Assembly: GCA_021772095.1 (NCBI GenBank)
Contig: JADYXR010000001.1
Location: 10,786-74,785 of the forward strand
Direction: 5' to 3'
Length of the DNA stretch: 64,000 bases
Origin: Candidatus Obscuribacter sp.
GTDB lineage: Bacteria > Cyanobacteriota > Vampirovibrionia > Obscuribacterales > Obscuribacteraceae
Numbering within the stretch: position 1 is the stretch's first letter; each line of letters begins with the position of its first letter. Shown here piece after piece: positions 18,039 through 27,574 of the stretch. The position numbers and the translations under genes were made by a program. The notes beneath the pieces are model-generated. The model searched no databases. It worked only from the letters and a program-made list of their open reading frames with translations, and was not told the origin of the DNA.

Positions 18039-21000
18039 CTACTCTTCCAATTGTGACATCAAATGCAGGATCGCTTGCGACTCTGCTTTAAAGCTGGTCA
18101 GCCGTTCCGAGAGCTTGATGATCGATTCAGCGCGCCGGAAGTCTCGCAGACGGAACGCGTCGGTTCCCTGGTTGGCGAGCCGTTCAATCTGACTGTCGAT
18201 TGTGTCGAGCACCACACTAATCGCATCAACCAGATCGTTTTCCGATGAGAAAACAAAACCGGCACTTTGGGCTTCCTGGAACTTTTGCATCGTGTCTGGT
18301 GACACCACGGGTAGTTCGTTGCATGATTCCTGCGGAAACGATGACTGTGCGAAAGCTGAATTGCCAGTCTCTTCCCATTGAGCTTCTCCGACTTCTACTT
18401 CAAGCTCGACTGCAACTTCTTCATACGATCCTTCTTCGGTCTGCCATCCTTCATCTTCGCCCTGTTCATGCTCCGGGTATTGCTCGGACTCTGAAGGATA
18501 TTGCTGCTCTTGTTCGCTATAGTCATGCTCGGAAAGCAAGTACGAAGTATCTTCTGGTGGTGGCGCAGTTGGTGCGATTTGTTGGGCTTGTAGCGGATGT
18601 GCGGTCCCCGAGTATCCGCCTTGCGCGTACTGTAATTGCTGATGAGCGTCAGTGCTGTACTGACCGGGCGATTGCTGAGCGCCGGCGTTGTATTGTGGTG
18701 GCAGCTGTTGTTGGGAACCAGTGTTGTACTGCTGCGGATTAGTTTGCGGAGGAACCACCGGCGGGCGTGTAGCCTCAAACTGCGGCGGCAAAGCTGGCTG
18801 TCCGCCGGTATTGTATTGTCGTTGCTGTTCGGCGAACTGCTGCGGCATCGCAGCCATGCTGGCTTGATTGGGGTAATGTCCGGAGTTTTCCGCCTTATGG
18901 CCCGGCATCATATGCGGTGCCATCGGCGCAGCCGCACTCATACCCTGAGGTGGAGAAAGTTGAATCATTCCTTGTGGAGGGTTGATTCCTTGCATCCCGC
19001 CCGGAGGGATAACCGGAGCGACCAGGGCTTGTTGTTGTTTCAGCAGAGCGGCTTGCTGCATGGCGTGATACTGTTCAGCCGTGATCGGTTGCTGATGCAC
19101 TCCCGATTGACTCATGCCGGGAAGAATCATGCCCGGCATACTTGGCAATCCAGGATTATTGATTCCCGGTTGCATCATCGGCGGCAATGGTTGCGGCATC
19201 GGCATTGGTTGACTAAAACCGGGCGGCATCATTTGCGGTGGCAAGTGCGGTGGCAAATGTGGTGGCATCTGCGGTGCCGCACCGGGAAAAGAACCGCTCT
19301 GATTGATTGATTGCTGAGTAGAATATGCGCCTGATTGGCTCATCCCGGGCAGCCCCGCGTAACCAGGTTGCGGCTGATGTGGAGGTAGCTGCTGCGGTTG
19401 CTGCTGAGATTGCGGCTGGATGTGTGGCTGCATTTGTGGCTGCATTTGCGACTGCATTTCTGCCTGCATCTGCGGCTGCATCTGCTGAGCAGAGTGCAGG
19501 CCCGACGAACCTATTCCCTGGCTCGAGTAGTTGCCGCTTTGACCGTAATCCTGCGGTTTCAATAACACAGGCGGATCGGAAGCACTGCCATAACTCGGAT
19601 AAGGCTGCCCTTGCATGACCTGACTATTAGAGATTGCCTGCTGCTGATCCGCGCTCATTTGCTGCGATTGAGACAGACCGCGAGCGCTCGGGCGCGCCAA
19701 CTGTTCTGTTCCAGGTAAGGCATTCCAATTATCATCCTTGGCGGGCGCAGACGGAGCGCTCTTCAAAGACTCTTTGGTATTTTCCATGAATTTGCGCCAA
19801 TCGGTTTTGACAGCTTCATCAGCGGCAACAGACTTCCACGGCGCCTCTTCATCGGCCGGCCCAGCTTCATTCCATCCGTCATTCTGGTTTGCCTGACGCC
19901 CCGCATTCTGTTGCTGAATGCCTGCTGGTTGCGGCTGGACTGCTGGCGGCTGTTGTTGAACAACGGGCGGCAGCGGCTGAGCGGCTGGCGACTGCATCGG
20001 TTCTCTCGGTGGGTTTGCCGACATCACTCCACTCTGACCAGGATCCCCTGGAGCACGATTACTGGTGCCAAACGGCGGTGCTTGCAGTGACTCTCTAAAT
20101 TTATCTGTTTCGTTTTGCGCTGCCTGAGCGACTTGATTACTGATGTTATCGATGAAGCGATCGGCGCTGCTACTGCTGCTTCCGCCGCGGTTCACAGACG
20201 AGATACTCGGCGACGCAACGACGGGGTTACGGGCAGAACTTTGTCCCAATAGATCATGCTGTTGGCTGCCACCCTGGTAGCCAACACTTTCCGCAACAGG
20301 CGCCGGCGCTTCCGGAACCATGCCGATATCTTCCAGTCGAAAAGTCTCGCCCGGCTGTGCTTCTTCACTGGCAAAACGAATTAAGCCATCGAGCAGAGCA
20401 CGATAAACACTGGGCAGCATGTCCGAATCAAGCGGCTTGTTGGTGTTGGCGACGATCCAGTCCACGGACAAACCGTCGGACTGAGAAACGAGCGAAAGAT
20501 AAGAAGGATAGTCGTTAGGGTTGGTCGAAAAACCGAGCAGCTTATCGCTCGGCAAAATATAGGTGTCGACCCCGGTCGCAGTTCCTCGTACAGCCAGAGT
20601 CCAGTACCGCGTCGAGATCCGACCGCTGAAAATCTCGATCTGAACGCGACTACTGTCATGCCAGTTGGAGACTTCTTCTTGAACGATTAACGGACGAATC
20701 CAGGTCAACTCAAGGTCAGTCCCGGCTGTCACTTGATTGAATTCGTAGGCAGTGTTCTGAAAATTGTCGAACATTCGATCGACGATCCTGATCATCGCTT
20801 CCTTAATCAGTTCCGTCTTCTGCCGCTCGCCAGCCTGGAAAGCGGCTTTGCCGGTAGGAATTCGGGCAAGCAGATTGTGCGAATCTCTTGGATTTTGCTT
20901 GTAATTGGTTAAAACTTTCGATTTCCAAACGCCAGAAGCCTGGTCGTTCTGTTGGCTGCGCGGATCTGGAGGCAGTTCAACTTGAGGCGCTTCGCCATCA

Positions 21001-21104
21001 GGTTCGAAGTCCTGGCCCTCAGGTTGATTTTCCTGGTTGGGCTGCAAAGCCTTGAGTTTTAGCTTGGTTGCTCGTGCTTTGCTCTTCTTGCGTTTCGGCC
21101 ACAT
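18039..21104 (-). CDS. Hypothetical Q/P-rich protein with folded terminal domains
   Basis: 1021-aa ORF: globular-looking N-domain, long Q/P/G/S-rich centre, acidic tract, helical C-terminus. Confidence 0.8.
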   Translation of the reverse strand: MWPKRKKSKARATKLKLKALQPNQENQPEGQDFEPDGEAPQVELPPDPRSQQNDQASGVWKSKVLTNYKQNPRDSHNLLARIPTGKAAFQAGERQKTELIKEAMIRIVDRMFDNFQNTAYEFNQVTAGTDLELTWIRPLIVQEEVSNWHDSSRVQIEIFSGRISTRYWTLAVRGTATGVDTYILPSDKLLGFSTNPNDYPSYLSLVSQSDGLSVDWIVANTNKPLDSDMLPSVYRALLDGLIRFASEEAQPGETFRLEDIGMVPEAPAPVAESVGYQGGSQQHDLLGQSSARNPVVASPSISSVNRGGSSSSSADRFIDNISNQVAQAAQNETDKFRESLQAPPFGTSNRAPGDPGQSGVMSANPPREPMQSPAAQPLPPVVQQQPPAVQPQPAGIQQQNAGRQANQNDGWNEAGPADEEAPWKSVAADEAVKTDWRKFMENTKESLKSAPSAPAKDDNWNALPGTEQLARPSARGLSQSQQMSADQQQAISNSQVMQGQPYPSYGSASDPPVLLKPQDYGQSGNYSSQGIGSSGLHSAQQMQPQMQAEMQSQMQPQMQPHIQPQSQQQPQQLPPHQPQPGYAGLPGMSQSGAYSTQQSINQSGSFPGAAPQMPPHLPPHLPPQMMPPGFSQPMPMPQPLPPMMQPGINNPGLPSMPGMILPGMSQSGVHQQPITAEQYHAMQQAALLKQQQALVAPVIPPGGMQGINPPQGMIQLSPPQGMSAAAPMAPHMMPGHKAENSGHYPNQASMAAMPQQFAEQQRQYNTGGQPALPPQFEATRPPVVPPQTNPQQYNTGSQQQLPPQYNAGAQQSPGQYSTDAHQQLQYAQGGYSGTAHPLQAQQIAPTAPPPEDTSYLLSEHDYSEQEQQYPSESEQYPEHEQGEDEGWQTEEGSYEEVAVELEVEVGEAQWEETGNSAFAQSSFPQESCNELPVVSPDTMQKFQEAQSAGFVFSSENDLVDAISVVLDTIDSQIERLANQGTDAFRLRDFRRAESIIKLSERLTSFKAESQAILHLMSQLEE

Positions 21105-21407
21105 CAGACGCCTAGCCCTCTCATCTGAAACAGAAGGGTAGTTAACCCAATCCGTTCGCTGGATTCCCTCGACTCACCAACTGGTAGACCGCCGCCTCGC
21201 CCGGTCCACGACGTACCACTGGTGTCGATCTTACCGGACCGCCCGGTCTACTTGATCAACACCTCTTAAAGAGGATGTACCCTTAGAAATATGGGGTAAA
21301 ACAATAGAATAACGTAGCTTTGACGCTTCTAAATTCTTGACTTCGACGAGCCTTTCCTTGAAAAAGGCGATACTATTTATTTTGTCGCATCCCGACTTGT
21401 TCAGAGA

Positions 21408-24389
21408 GTGGGAGGGCGACGGAAACCCATTTGGAGCGAATCCATGCCTGGCACTCGCAACGGGTCCGGTTCCGGAGAATTCGTGGAGGCTGATGTCATC
21501 ACGGTTCGAGGAGCCCGGCAACACAATTTAAAAAACATCAGTCTCAAAATCCCGCGAAACAAACTGGTTGTAATCACCGGTGTCAGCGGTTCGGGGAAAT
21601 CGTCGCTTGCCTTCGACACGATTTTTGCCGAAGGTCAAAGACGATATGTCGAGTCGCTTTCGGCATACGCGCGCCAATTTCTCGGTCAATTAGACAAACC
21701 GGACGTCGATGCTATTGAAGGATTGAGCCCGGCAATTTCGATCGACCAAAAAGCGACGAGCCATAACCCTCGTTCGACCGTCGGAACCGTGACGGAAATA
21801 TATGACTACATGCGCTTGCTTTACGCGCGTGTAGGCATTCCGCACTGCCCGAACTGCAAAAGAAAGATCAATCCACAAACCATCGATCAGATCGTCGACC
21901 AGGTTCTCAACCTTCCGGAAGGCACCAAACTGCAGGTGCTGGCACCACTAGTTTCCGGACGAAAAGGCGAGTATTCATCACTGTTCGCTGATTTGCGAAA
22001 AGAAGGATTTGCGCGCGTTCGCATCGATTCGAAGGTCTATCATCTTGATGATGATATCGAATTGGATCGGATGAAAAAACATGACATTGAACTGGTCGTC
22101 GATCGTCTCGTCATGAAGCCAGGCATCCAATCGAGGCTCGCTGACAGCGTTTCGGTCGGTTTAAAATGGGGCAAGTCAAACGTCCTGATTGATATTCTCA
22201 CAGGCGATGACACCGAGGATAGTGGCAACGGCAAACGTGGGAAAAGTGCCGAGAAAGCGCCTGAAAAAGAACCACTTTTATTCTCGGAAAATTTTGCTTG
22301 CGCGAATTGCAACATCAGTTTTGCCGAAATTTCACCGCGCGTTTTCAGTTTCAACAGCCCTTATGGTGCATGTCCCGACTGCGATGGCTTAGGCTGCACC
22401 TTCGAGGTCGATCCGTCGCTTGTGGTGCCCGATCCGACCAAGTCATTGAGCGAAGGCGCGGTCTACCCGTGGGCCAAGACCGGCAACTCATATTACGAAC
22501 AAATTCTCAGTTCCGTCGCCAAGCATTACAAATTCGCGATGAACGTACCATTCAAAGATCTGACCAAAAAGAATCAGGGTTACATACTTTTTGGATCCGG
22601 TGAAGAGAAGATCAAACTCGGACATGATTCTTTTGACGGCACTGAATTCTGGACATACAAAAAATCATTCGAGGGCGTCGTACCAAACCTGGCAAGACGG
22701 CACACCGAGACCAATTCGGACAAGGTGCGCGCAGACATCGAAGCGTACATGACGCAAATGCCGTGTCAAAAATGCAACGGCGCGCGATTGAAACTAGAAA
22801 GTCTCGCGGTCACCGTTGGCAAACTTTCGATTTCTGAAGTTTGCAGATTATCGATTGTCAAAACGTCGGTATTTTTTGAAGGGCTGCCCGAGCAACTGAG
22901 CGAACGACACAACAAAATCGCGCACCAGGTCTTGATCGAGATACGTTCGCGATTAAAGTTTCTCATCGACGTCGGTCTGGGATATCTCACTCTGGAACGA
23001 CAAGCCGGCACCTTATCTGGTGGCGAAGCTCAGCGGATCAGACTAGCGACTCAAATTGGTTCCGGACTGTCGGGGGTACTTTATGTACTCGACGAACCAT
23101 CGATCGGATTACATCAACGCGACAACAATCGTTTGATAGGAACGCTGCAACGCCTCAGAGAGCTGGGCAATACGCTGCTTGTCGTCGAGCATGACGAAGA
23201 TACGATCCGAGCCGCCGATTGGATCATTGATATCGGCCCTGGTGCCGGTGTTCATGGTGGCGAAGTGGTGGCAGAAGGAAAAATCGCAGACATTCAATCA
23301 GCCAAACGATCTTCGACCGGAGCATATCTGTCGGGAAGAAAACAAATTCTAGTGCCTGCCAAAAGGCGCGAGGGCAACGGCAAGAAGCTCAAAATAACTG
23401 GCGCATCTTTGAACAATTTAAAGAACCTCGACCTCGAAATTCCTTTAGGTAAGTTTGTCGCTGTCACCGGGGTTAGTGGCTCCGGAAAATCGACTCTGGT
23501 AAACGATTTACTTTATCAATATCTGCGCCACCATCTTTATGGCACGGTAGCGATGCCAAAAGGTCTAAAAAAGGTAGAAGGCGCCGAGGTTCTGGACAAA
23601 GTCATCGATATCGATCAATCACCGATTGGTAGAACTCCAAGATCAAATCCGGCCACTTACACCGGATTATTTGATGCGGTCAGAGAAATTTTCGCGATGA
23701 CTACCGAGGCAAAAGCCAGAGGTTATTTGCCGGGAAGATTTTCGTTCAACGTCAAAGGTGGCAGATGCGAAGCCTGCAAGGGCGAGGGCATGAACGAGAT
23801 CGAGATGAACTTCCTTCCATCCGTTTTCGTCACCTGTGAAGTGTGCAAAGGCGCACGATACAATCGTGAAACTCTGGAAGTAAAATTCAAAGGCAAATCG
23901 ATTTCAGACATTCTGAATATGACAATCGAAGAAGGCGTGCATTTCTTCGCCAGCATCCCAAAGGCGCATTCCAAGCTGGAAACGCTGATGGAAGTGGGAC
24001 TGGATTATGTCAAACTCGGTCAACCTGCCACCACTCTATCGGGTGGTGAAGCTCAGCGTGTAAAACTTGCCGAACAGTTATCCAAACGTTCGACCGGCAA
24101 AACAATATACATTCTAGATGAGCCAACCACGGGACTTTCGTTCGCCGACGTCGATAAACTTTTGCATGTGTTGAATCGTTTGGTCGACAATGGCAACTCT
24201 GTTTTGATCATCGAACATAATTTAGACGTGATCAAACAAGCGGATTGGGTAATCGATCTGGGACCGGATGGCGGAGAAGATGGCGGCACCATCGTTGCCA
24301 GTGGAACTCCAGAATTGCTGGCGAAAACGAAAGAATCGTTTACCGGGCATTTCTTGAAAAGCTCTTTGCGCCAGTTGACCACCAAGTAA
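21408..24389 (+). CDS. uvrA: Excinuclease ABC subunit A (start likely 21444)
   Basis: GARQHNLKN, two TGVSGSGKS Walker A motifs, LSGGEAQR twice, CxxC zinc modules. Confidence 0.99.
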   Translation: MGGRRKPIWSESMPGTRNGSGSGEFVEADVITVRGARQHNLKNISLKIPRNKLVVITGVSGSGKSSLAFDTIFAEGQRRYVESLSAYARQFLGQLDKPDVDAIEGLSPAISIDQKATSHNPRSTVGTVTEIYDYMRLLYARVGIPHCPNCKRKINPQTIDQIVDQVLNLPEGTKLQVLAPLVSGRKGEYSSLFADLRKEGFARVRIDSKVYHLDDDIELDRMKKHDIELVVDRLVMKPGIQSRLADSVSVGLKWGKSNVLIDILTGDDTEDSGNGKRGKSAEKAPEKEPLLFSENFACANCNISFAEISPRVFSFNSPYGACPDCDGLGCTFEVDPSLVVPDPTKSLSEGAVYPWAKTGNSYYEQILSSVAKHYKFAMNVPFKDLTKKNQGYILFGSGEEKIKLGHDSFDGTEFWTYKKSFEGVVPNLARRHTETNSDKVRADIEAYMTQMPCQKCNGARLKLESLAVTVGKLSISEVCRLSIVKTSVFFEGLPEQLSERHNKIAHQVLIEIRSRLKFLIDVGLGYLTLERQAGTLSGGEAQRIRLATQIGSGLSGVLYVLDEPSIGLHQRDNNRLIGTLQRLRELGNTLLVVEHDEDTIRAADWIIDIGPGAGVHGGEVVAEGKIADIQSAKRSSTGAYLSGRKQILVPAKRREGNGKKLKITGASLNNLKNLDLEIPLGKFVAVTGVSGSGKSTLVNDLLYQYLRHHLYGTVAMPKGLKKVEGAEVLDKVIDIDQSPIGRTPRSNPATYTGLFDAVREIFAMTTEAKARGYLPGRFSFNVKGGRCEACKGEGMNEIEMNFLPSVFVTCEVCKGARYNRETLEVKFKGKSISDILNMTIEEGVHFFASIPKAHSKLETLMEVGLDYVKLGQPATTLSGGEAQRVKLAEQLSKRSTGKTIYILDEPTTGLSFADVDKLLHVLNRLVDNGNSVLIIEHNLDVIKQADWVIDLGPDGGEDGGTIVASGTPELLAKTKESFTGHFLKSSLRQLTTK

Positions 24390-24520
24390 CGCGTCGAAAA
24401 ACAAAGCAGAGCCCGTTCTCAGGTATGATAGCCATAGATCGGTTATCATGCTTGGCAGGTCGGCTCAATTAGAGCAATCGACCTGCGCCGCGATTCAACC
24501 GGCTGATTCAGGTAAGACGC

Positions 24521-25000
24521 GTGAACAATCCCAACAGCGAAAAATTAGAGCCATTGAACGCCGACGAATTATCCGATCCGGTGTTTGATAGTTTGCGAAA
24601 ACGCGGTCACCGGGTGACTGCCCAACGCGAATTGATTTTGCAGATCTTCAGAAACTTGCCGCATGGACAGCATCTATCGGCTGAAGAATTGCACGGACAA
24701 CTGCTTGAGCGCGGATCGAGCGTCAGCCTCGCTACCGCGTACCGAACACTAAAATTGTTGACCTCGATGGGTTTGCTCCGCGAACTGGATTTCGCCGAAG
24801 GTCACAAACACTACGAGTTGAAGCAGGACGACCTGCCGCATCAACATATAATTTGCACCGGCTGCAACTCGACGCTCGAATTCGAAGATCATTTTCTAGA
24901 AGAAGCCGGACAAAAAATAGGCGCTCGATACAATTTCGATGTCGTCGACGCGCAATTCAAAATCTTCGGGATCTGCCAGCAGTGCCGCAAGACGAGATAA
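24521..25000 (+). CDS. fur: Ferric uptake regulator family protein, FurA-like
   Basis: HLSAEELH, SLATAYRTLKLL, AEGHKHYEL, HQHIICTGC, GICQQC. Confidence 0.9.
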   Translation: MNNPNSEKLEPLNADELSDPVFDSLRKRGHRVTAQRELILQIFRNLPHGQHLSAEELHGQLLERGSSVSLATAYRTLKLLTSMGLLRELDFAEGHKHYELKQDDLPHQHIICTGCNSTLEFEDHFLEEAGQKIGARYNFDVVDAQFKIFGICQQCRKTR

Positions 25001-25098
25001 TCGTTTAGTTCTGAACTTAAAACGGAAATCGCCGACACTGTCGGTTTAAACCAGCTTTCATCACTCCGATCCAAAGTTTAAAAACAAAGAGTACTCTG

Positions 25099-25362
25099 AT
25101 GACCGATGCAAAAGAACTGACTCTGGCTGAAGCAAAGGACGGAGACTGGCTCATCGTCACAGGCACCAGTGACGATGAAGTGAAATTCCAGGCACTGCGT
25201 TTTGGCATTGGGGAAGGTTCATTAATTCAGGTCCAAAAAAATATTACTAAAGGACCTGTAATTATCAGCAAGAAGCATGTTGAAATAGCTATAGGTAGAG
25301 AGTTGGCGCTCAGTGTTACAGTAAAACTATCCGCTGCCAAGAAATCGAAGAGCTCAGAATGA
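25099..25362 (+). CDS. feoA: FeoA-family protein
   Basis: 87 aa; ALRFGIGEGSLIQV...GPVII...IAIGRELA matches the FeoA SH3-like pattern. Confidence 0.85.
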   Translation: MTDAKELTLAEAKDGDWLIVTGTSDDEVKFQALRFGIGEGSLIQVQKNITKGPVIISKKHVEIAIGRELALSVTVKLSAAKKSKSSE

Positions 25363-25712
25363 CGCAGCCGCAAACCAATCAAAAGACCGGTCCGACCTGC
25401 ACTCAGTGTGCAATGCCGCTGGCGATTCCATCGTCATCGTCGCTATCCATGCGCTGTCCGCGCTGCAATACCTGGCAGGATCTGGATCCGAGTTGCGCTG
25501 GAAGCTGCTTGAGCTGTCATAAAACGGTGGAAGCGAAAGCGACGCCGTGCACCGCTGAAAAAATGCCTGTTGAACATCCTATAAGTAATTCTTGTGATCA
25601 GAGTAATAATTCTTGCGGAAATGTGGCACATACTAAGCGAGGGGCTAATCTCGGTCCACTTCGACTGCTCAAGCAAGCCTGGAACGTTCTAACCAACAGG
25701 CCTTTCCTGTAA
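25359..25712 (+). CDS. Small Cys-rich protein (Zn-ribbon plus CxGxCxxC)
   Basis: CTQC...CPRC...CAGSCLSC; ATGA overlap with the feoA stop codon. Confidence 0.6.
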   Translation: MTQPQTNQKTGPTCTQCAMPLAIPSSSSLSMRCPRCNTWQDLDPSCAGSCLSCHKTVEAKATPCTAEKMPVEHPISNSCDQSNNSCGNVAHTKRGANLGPLRLLKQAWNVLTNRPFL

Positions 25713-25825
25713 GATAAGTTATGGAACCATTCTTATCGGAAAGTTTTAACCACTCGCTTGGCGTTGGACTACGAACGAATCAGTTCCACCCCCGACCTTA
25801 TCGAATCCTAGTTAGTTAGGGATTA

Positions 25826-27442
25826 ATGGCAAGCAAAATCAATCCCTGGAAAATTCAAGGCTATAAGCCTGGGCAAAACGTTATCGCCAAGATAGCGAAA
25901 CCTGAGCCGGGCGGATACACCGTTATCATAGTCAAGGATAACCTCCCCGGTTACCTGCCGTCGAACGCGCGGCACAACGTAGGAGATGATGTTCTTGCCA
26001 CATTCGTTTGTATCGACAAGAATCGCATGCTTCTGTCCGAGCGTTTCACGCATGGCAAGGGCGATCTCGTCAAAAAGAATTACGGTGTGAATTGGGCAGA
26101 ACAATTGGACGATCCCAACTACACCACTGCGGCGCAGGAAGCGGTGCCGGATCCTAACGAGCTATATAACACTGGTCAGCAGTACGGGCAGCAAGATCAA
26201 CAGCAGCAGCCGCAATATGCCGATCCGCAGCAGCAGTACGGGCAGCAGCAGCCGCAGCAACAGCAGCAGCAGCCGCAACAGCAGTATGGCGCGCCCAACA
26301 ATCAAGACCAGCAGCAACAATATGGCAATCAAGATCAATATGCTACCCAGCAGCAGCACGCGCAACAGCAGCCACAGCAGCAGCCTGGACAACCGGATTT
26401 GAACGACTGGGGCACCGTGCCCAACAGCGCCGATGGTAAGCAAGGAAATTACGGACAATTAGGTGCGCAGCACTACTCGCAGCAGGGTCAGCAACAAGAC
26501 CAGTACCAGAGCGGCAACAATCCGGCGCAGCAGCAATCGCAGCAATTCGCCACCGGTCCACTGCCGGCGCAATACGCGCCTTCCAACAATCAACAATATA
26601 TGACTGGTCCGCTCCCTGCGCAACAGCCGCAGATGGAGTATCTCAATCCAACGCCGCCACAGCAGCAGCAACAGCAGCATCACCAGGATTCCAGCCAATA
26701 TCTCACAGGTGCCCAACCGGCGCAACGCTACGCCGATGGCGTGCCGACCAGACGTTTTCAACTGCGCCGGGCAATCGATTTGATCATGCCGCCAATCGAC
26801 GCTGACTCGCTTCGAACCATGCGTATCGGCGACTATGACGTCGAGTGGCTCATAACTCAATTGGAAGGCGGAATGCAGACAGGCTGCGTTAAGGCTGCTT
26901 GTGAGAGCCGCCTGTCGCGTGCAGCGATGCTGCTTTATCGCGGTCGCGCCGTCGGATGTATTTACGGATGCAAATCAGATCCGACGACTAAGCCCACTGA
27001 AGAATCGCTACAAGCGATGCTGTCCGATCTGGAGTCACCAGATACGGTGGTAACCATTTACGACTTGCCTGAAGAAATCACTCTGGCAATGTCATCACTT
27101 TTCCTCGGTTATCCCGTAGAACGGCATGATGACTACAGTGCAAAAGAATATCTTGATTATATATGCAATTGGTTAGGTCAGAAAAACGGAACCGCTACGC
27201 TTGCCATTTCGCTTACTGAAGATCGCGGCACATGCCTCGGTTATATCTACAAAGGTGAATTCTCCGGCGCGTTCTATGTTGAAGATCAGGCTTACAGAGC
27301 GGATCGCGCGTTCGTCGACGAGATGCTGGGCAATGATCCAAGAGCCGCGCTCGAGGTCAGTATCTTGCCGCCTGAAATGCATGCCAGTGCAGTTCGTTTT
27401 GGATTCAGCTTGAGCATGGCTCGCACACGCAAACTCGACTAG
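25826..27442 (+). CDS. S1-like domain, Q-rich region and tandem DUF4388/PATAN-like domains
   Basis: KPGQNVIAKIAKPEPGGYTV...PGYLP...VGDDV is S1/OB-like; poly-Q centre; C-terminal LEGGMQTGCV...MLLYRGRAVGCIY with a second similar unit. Confidence 0.7.
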   Translation: MASKINPWKIQGYKPGQNVIAKIAKPEPGGYTVIIVKDNLPGYLPSNARHNVGDDVLATFVCIDKNRMLLSERFTHGKGDLVKKNYGVNWAEQLDDPNYTTAAQEAVPDPNELYNTGQQYGQQDQQQQPQYADPQQQYGQQQPQQQQQQPQQQYGAPNNQDQQQQYGNQDQYATQQQHAQQQPQQQPGQPDLNDWGTVPNSADGKQGNYGQLGAQHYSQQGQQQDQYQSGNNPAQQQSQQFATGPLPAQYAPSNNQQYMTGPLPAQQPQMEYLNPTPPQQQQQQHHQDSSQYLTGAQPAQRYADGVPTRRFQLRRAIDLIMPPIDADSLRTMRIGDYDVEWLITQLEGGMQTGCVKAACESRLSRAAMLLYRGRAVGCIYGCKSDPTTKPTEESLQAMLSDLESPDTVVTIYDLPEEITLAMSSLFLGYPVERHDDYSAKEYLDYICNWLGQKNGTATLAISLTEDRGTCLGYIYKGEFSGAFYVEDQAYRADRAFVDEMLGNDPRAALEVSILPPEMHASAVRFGFSLSMARTRKLD

Positions 27443-27460
27443 TTTGAAACAATAGATTCA

Positions 27461-27503
27461 AAAAGAAAGGCTGAGATTTTAAACCTCAGCCTTTTTTGTT
27501 TTT
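27461..27503. terminator. Bidirectional intrinsic terminator
   Basis: A-tract, AAGGCTGAG/CTCAGCCTT stem, T-tract, between convergent genes. Confidence 0.8.
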
Positions 27504-27574
27504 CGTTTACTTCAGTTCTTCGAGCCTGCGATCAACTTGAACATCGCATGAAGGTTCGTCGAACCTGCGGCAAG

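Noticed and set aside
21250..21444. LexA/SOS box upstream of uvrA
   Set aside because: I found no convincing match to the GAAC-N4-GTTC, CTGT-N8-ACAG or cyanobacterial GTAC-N4-GTAC patterns.
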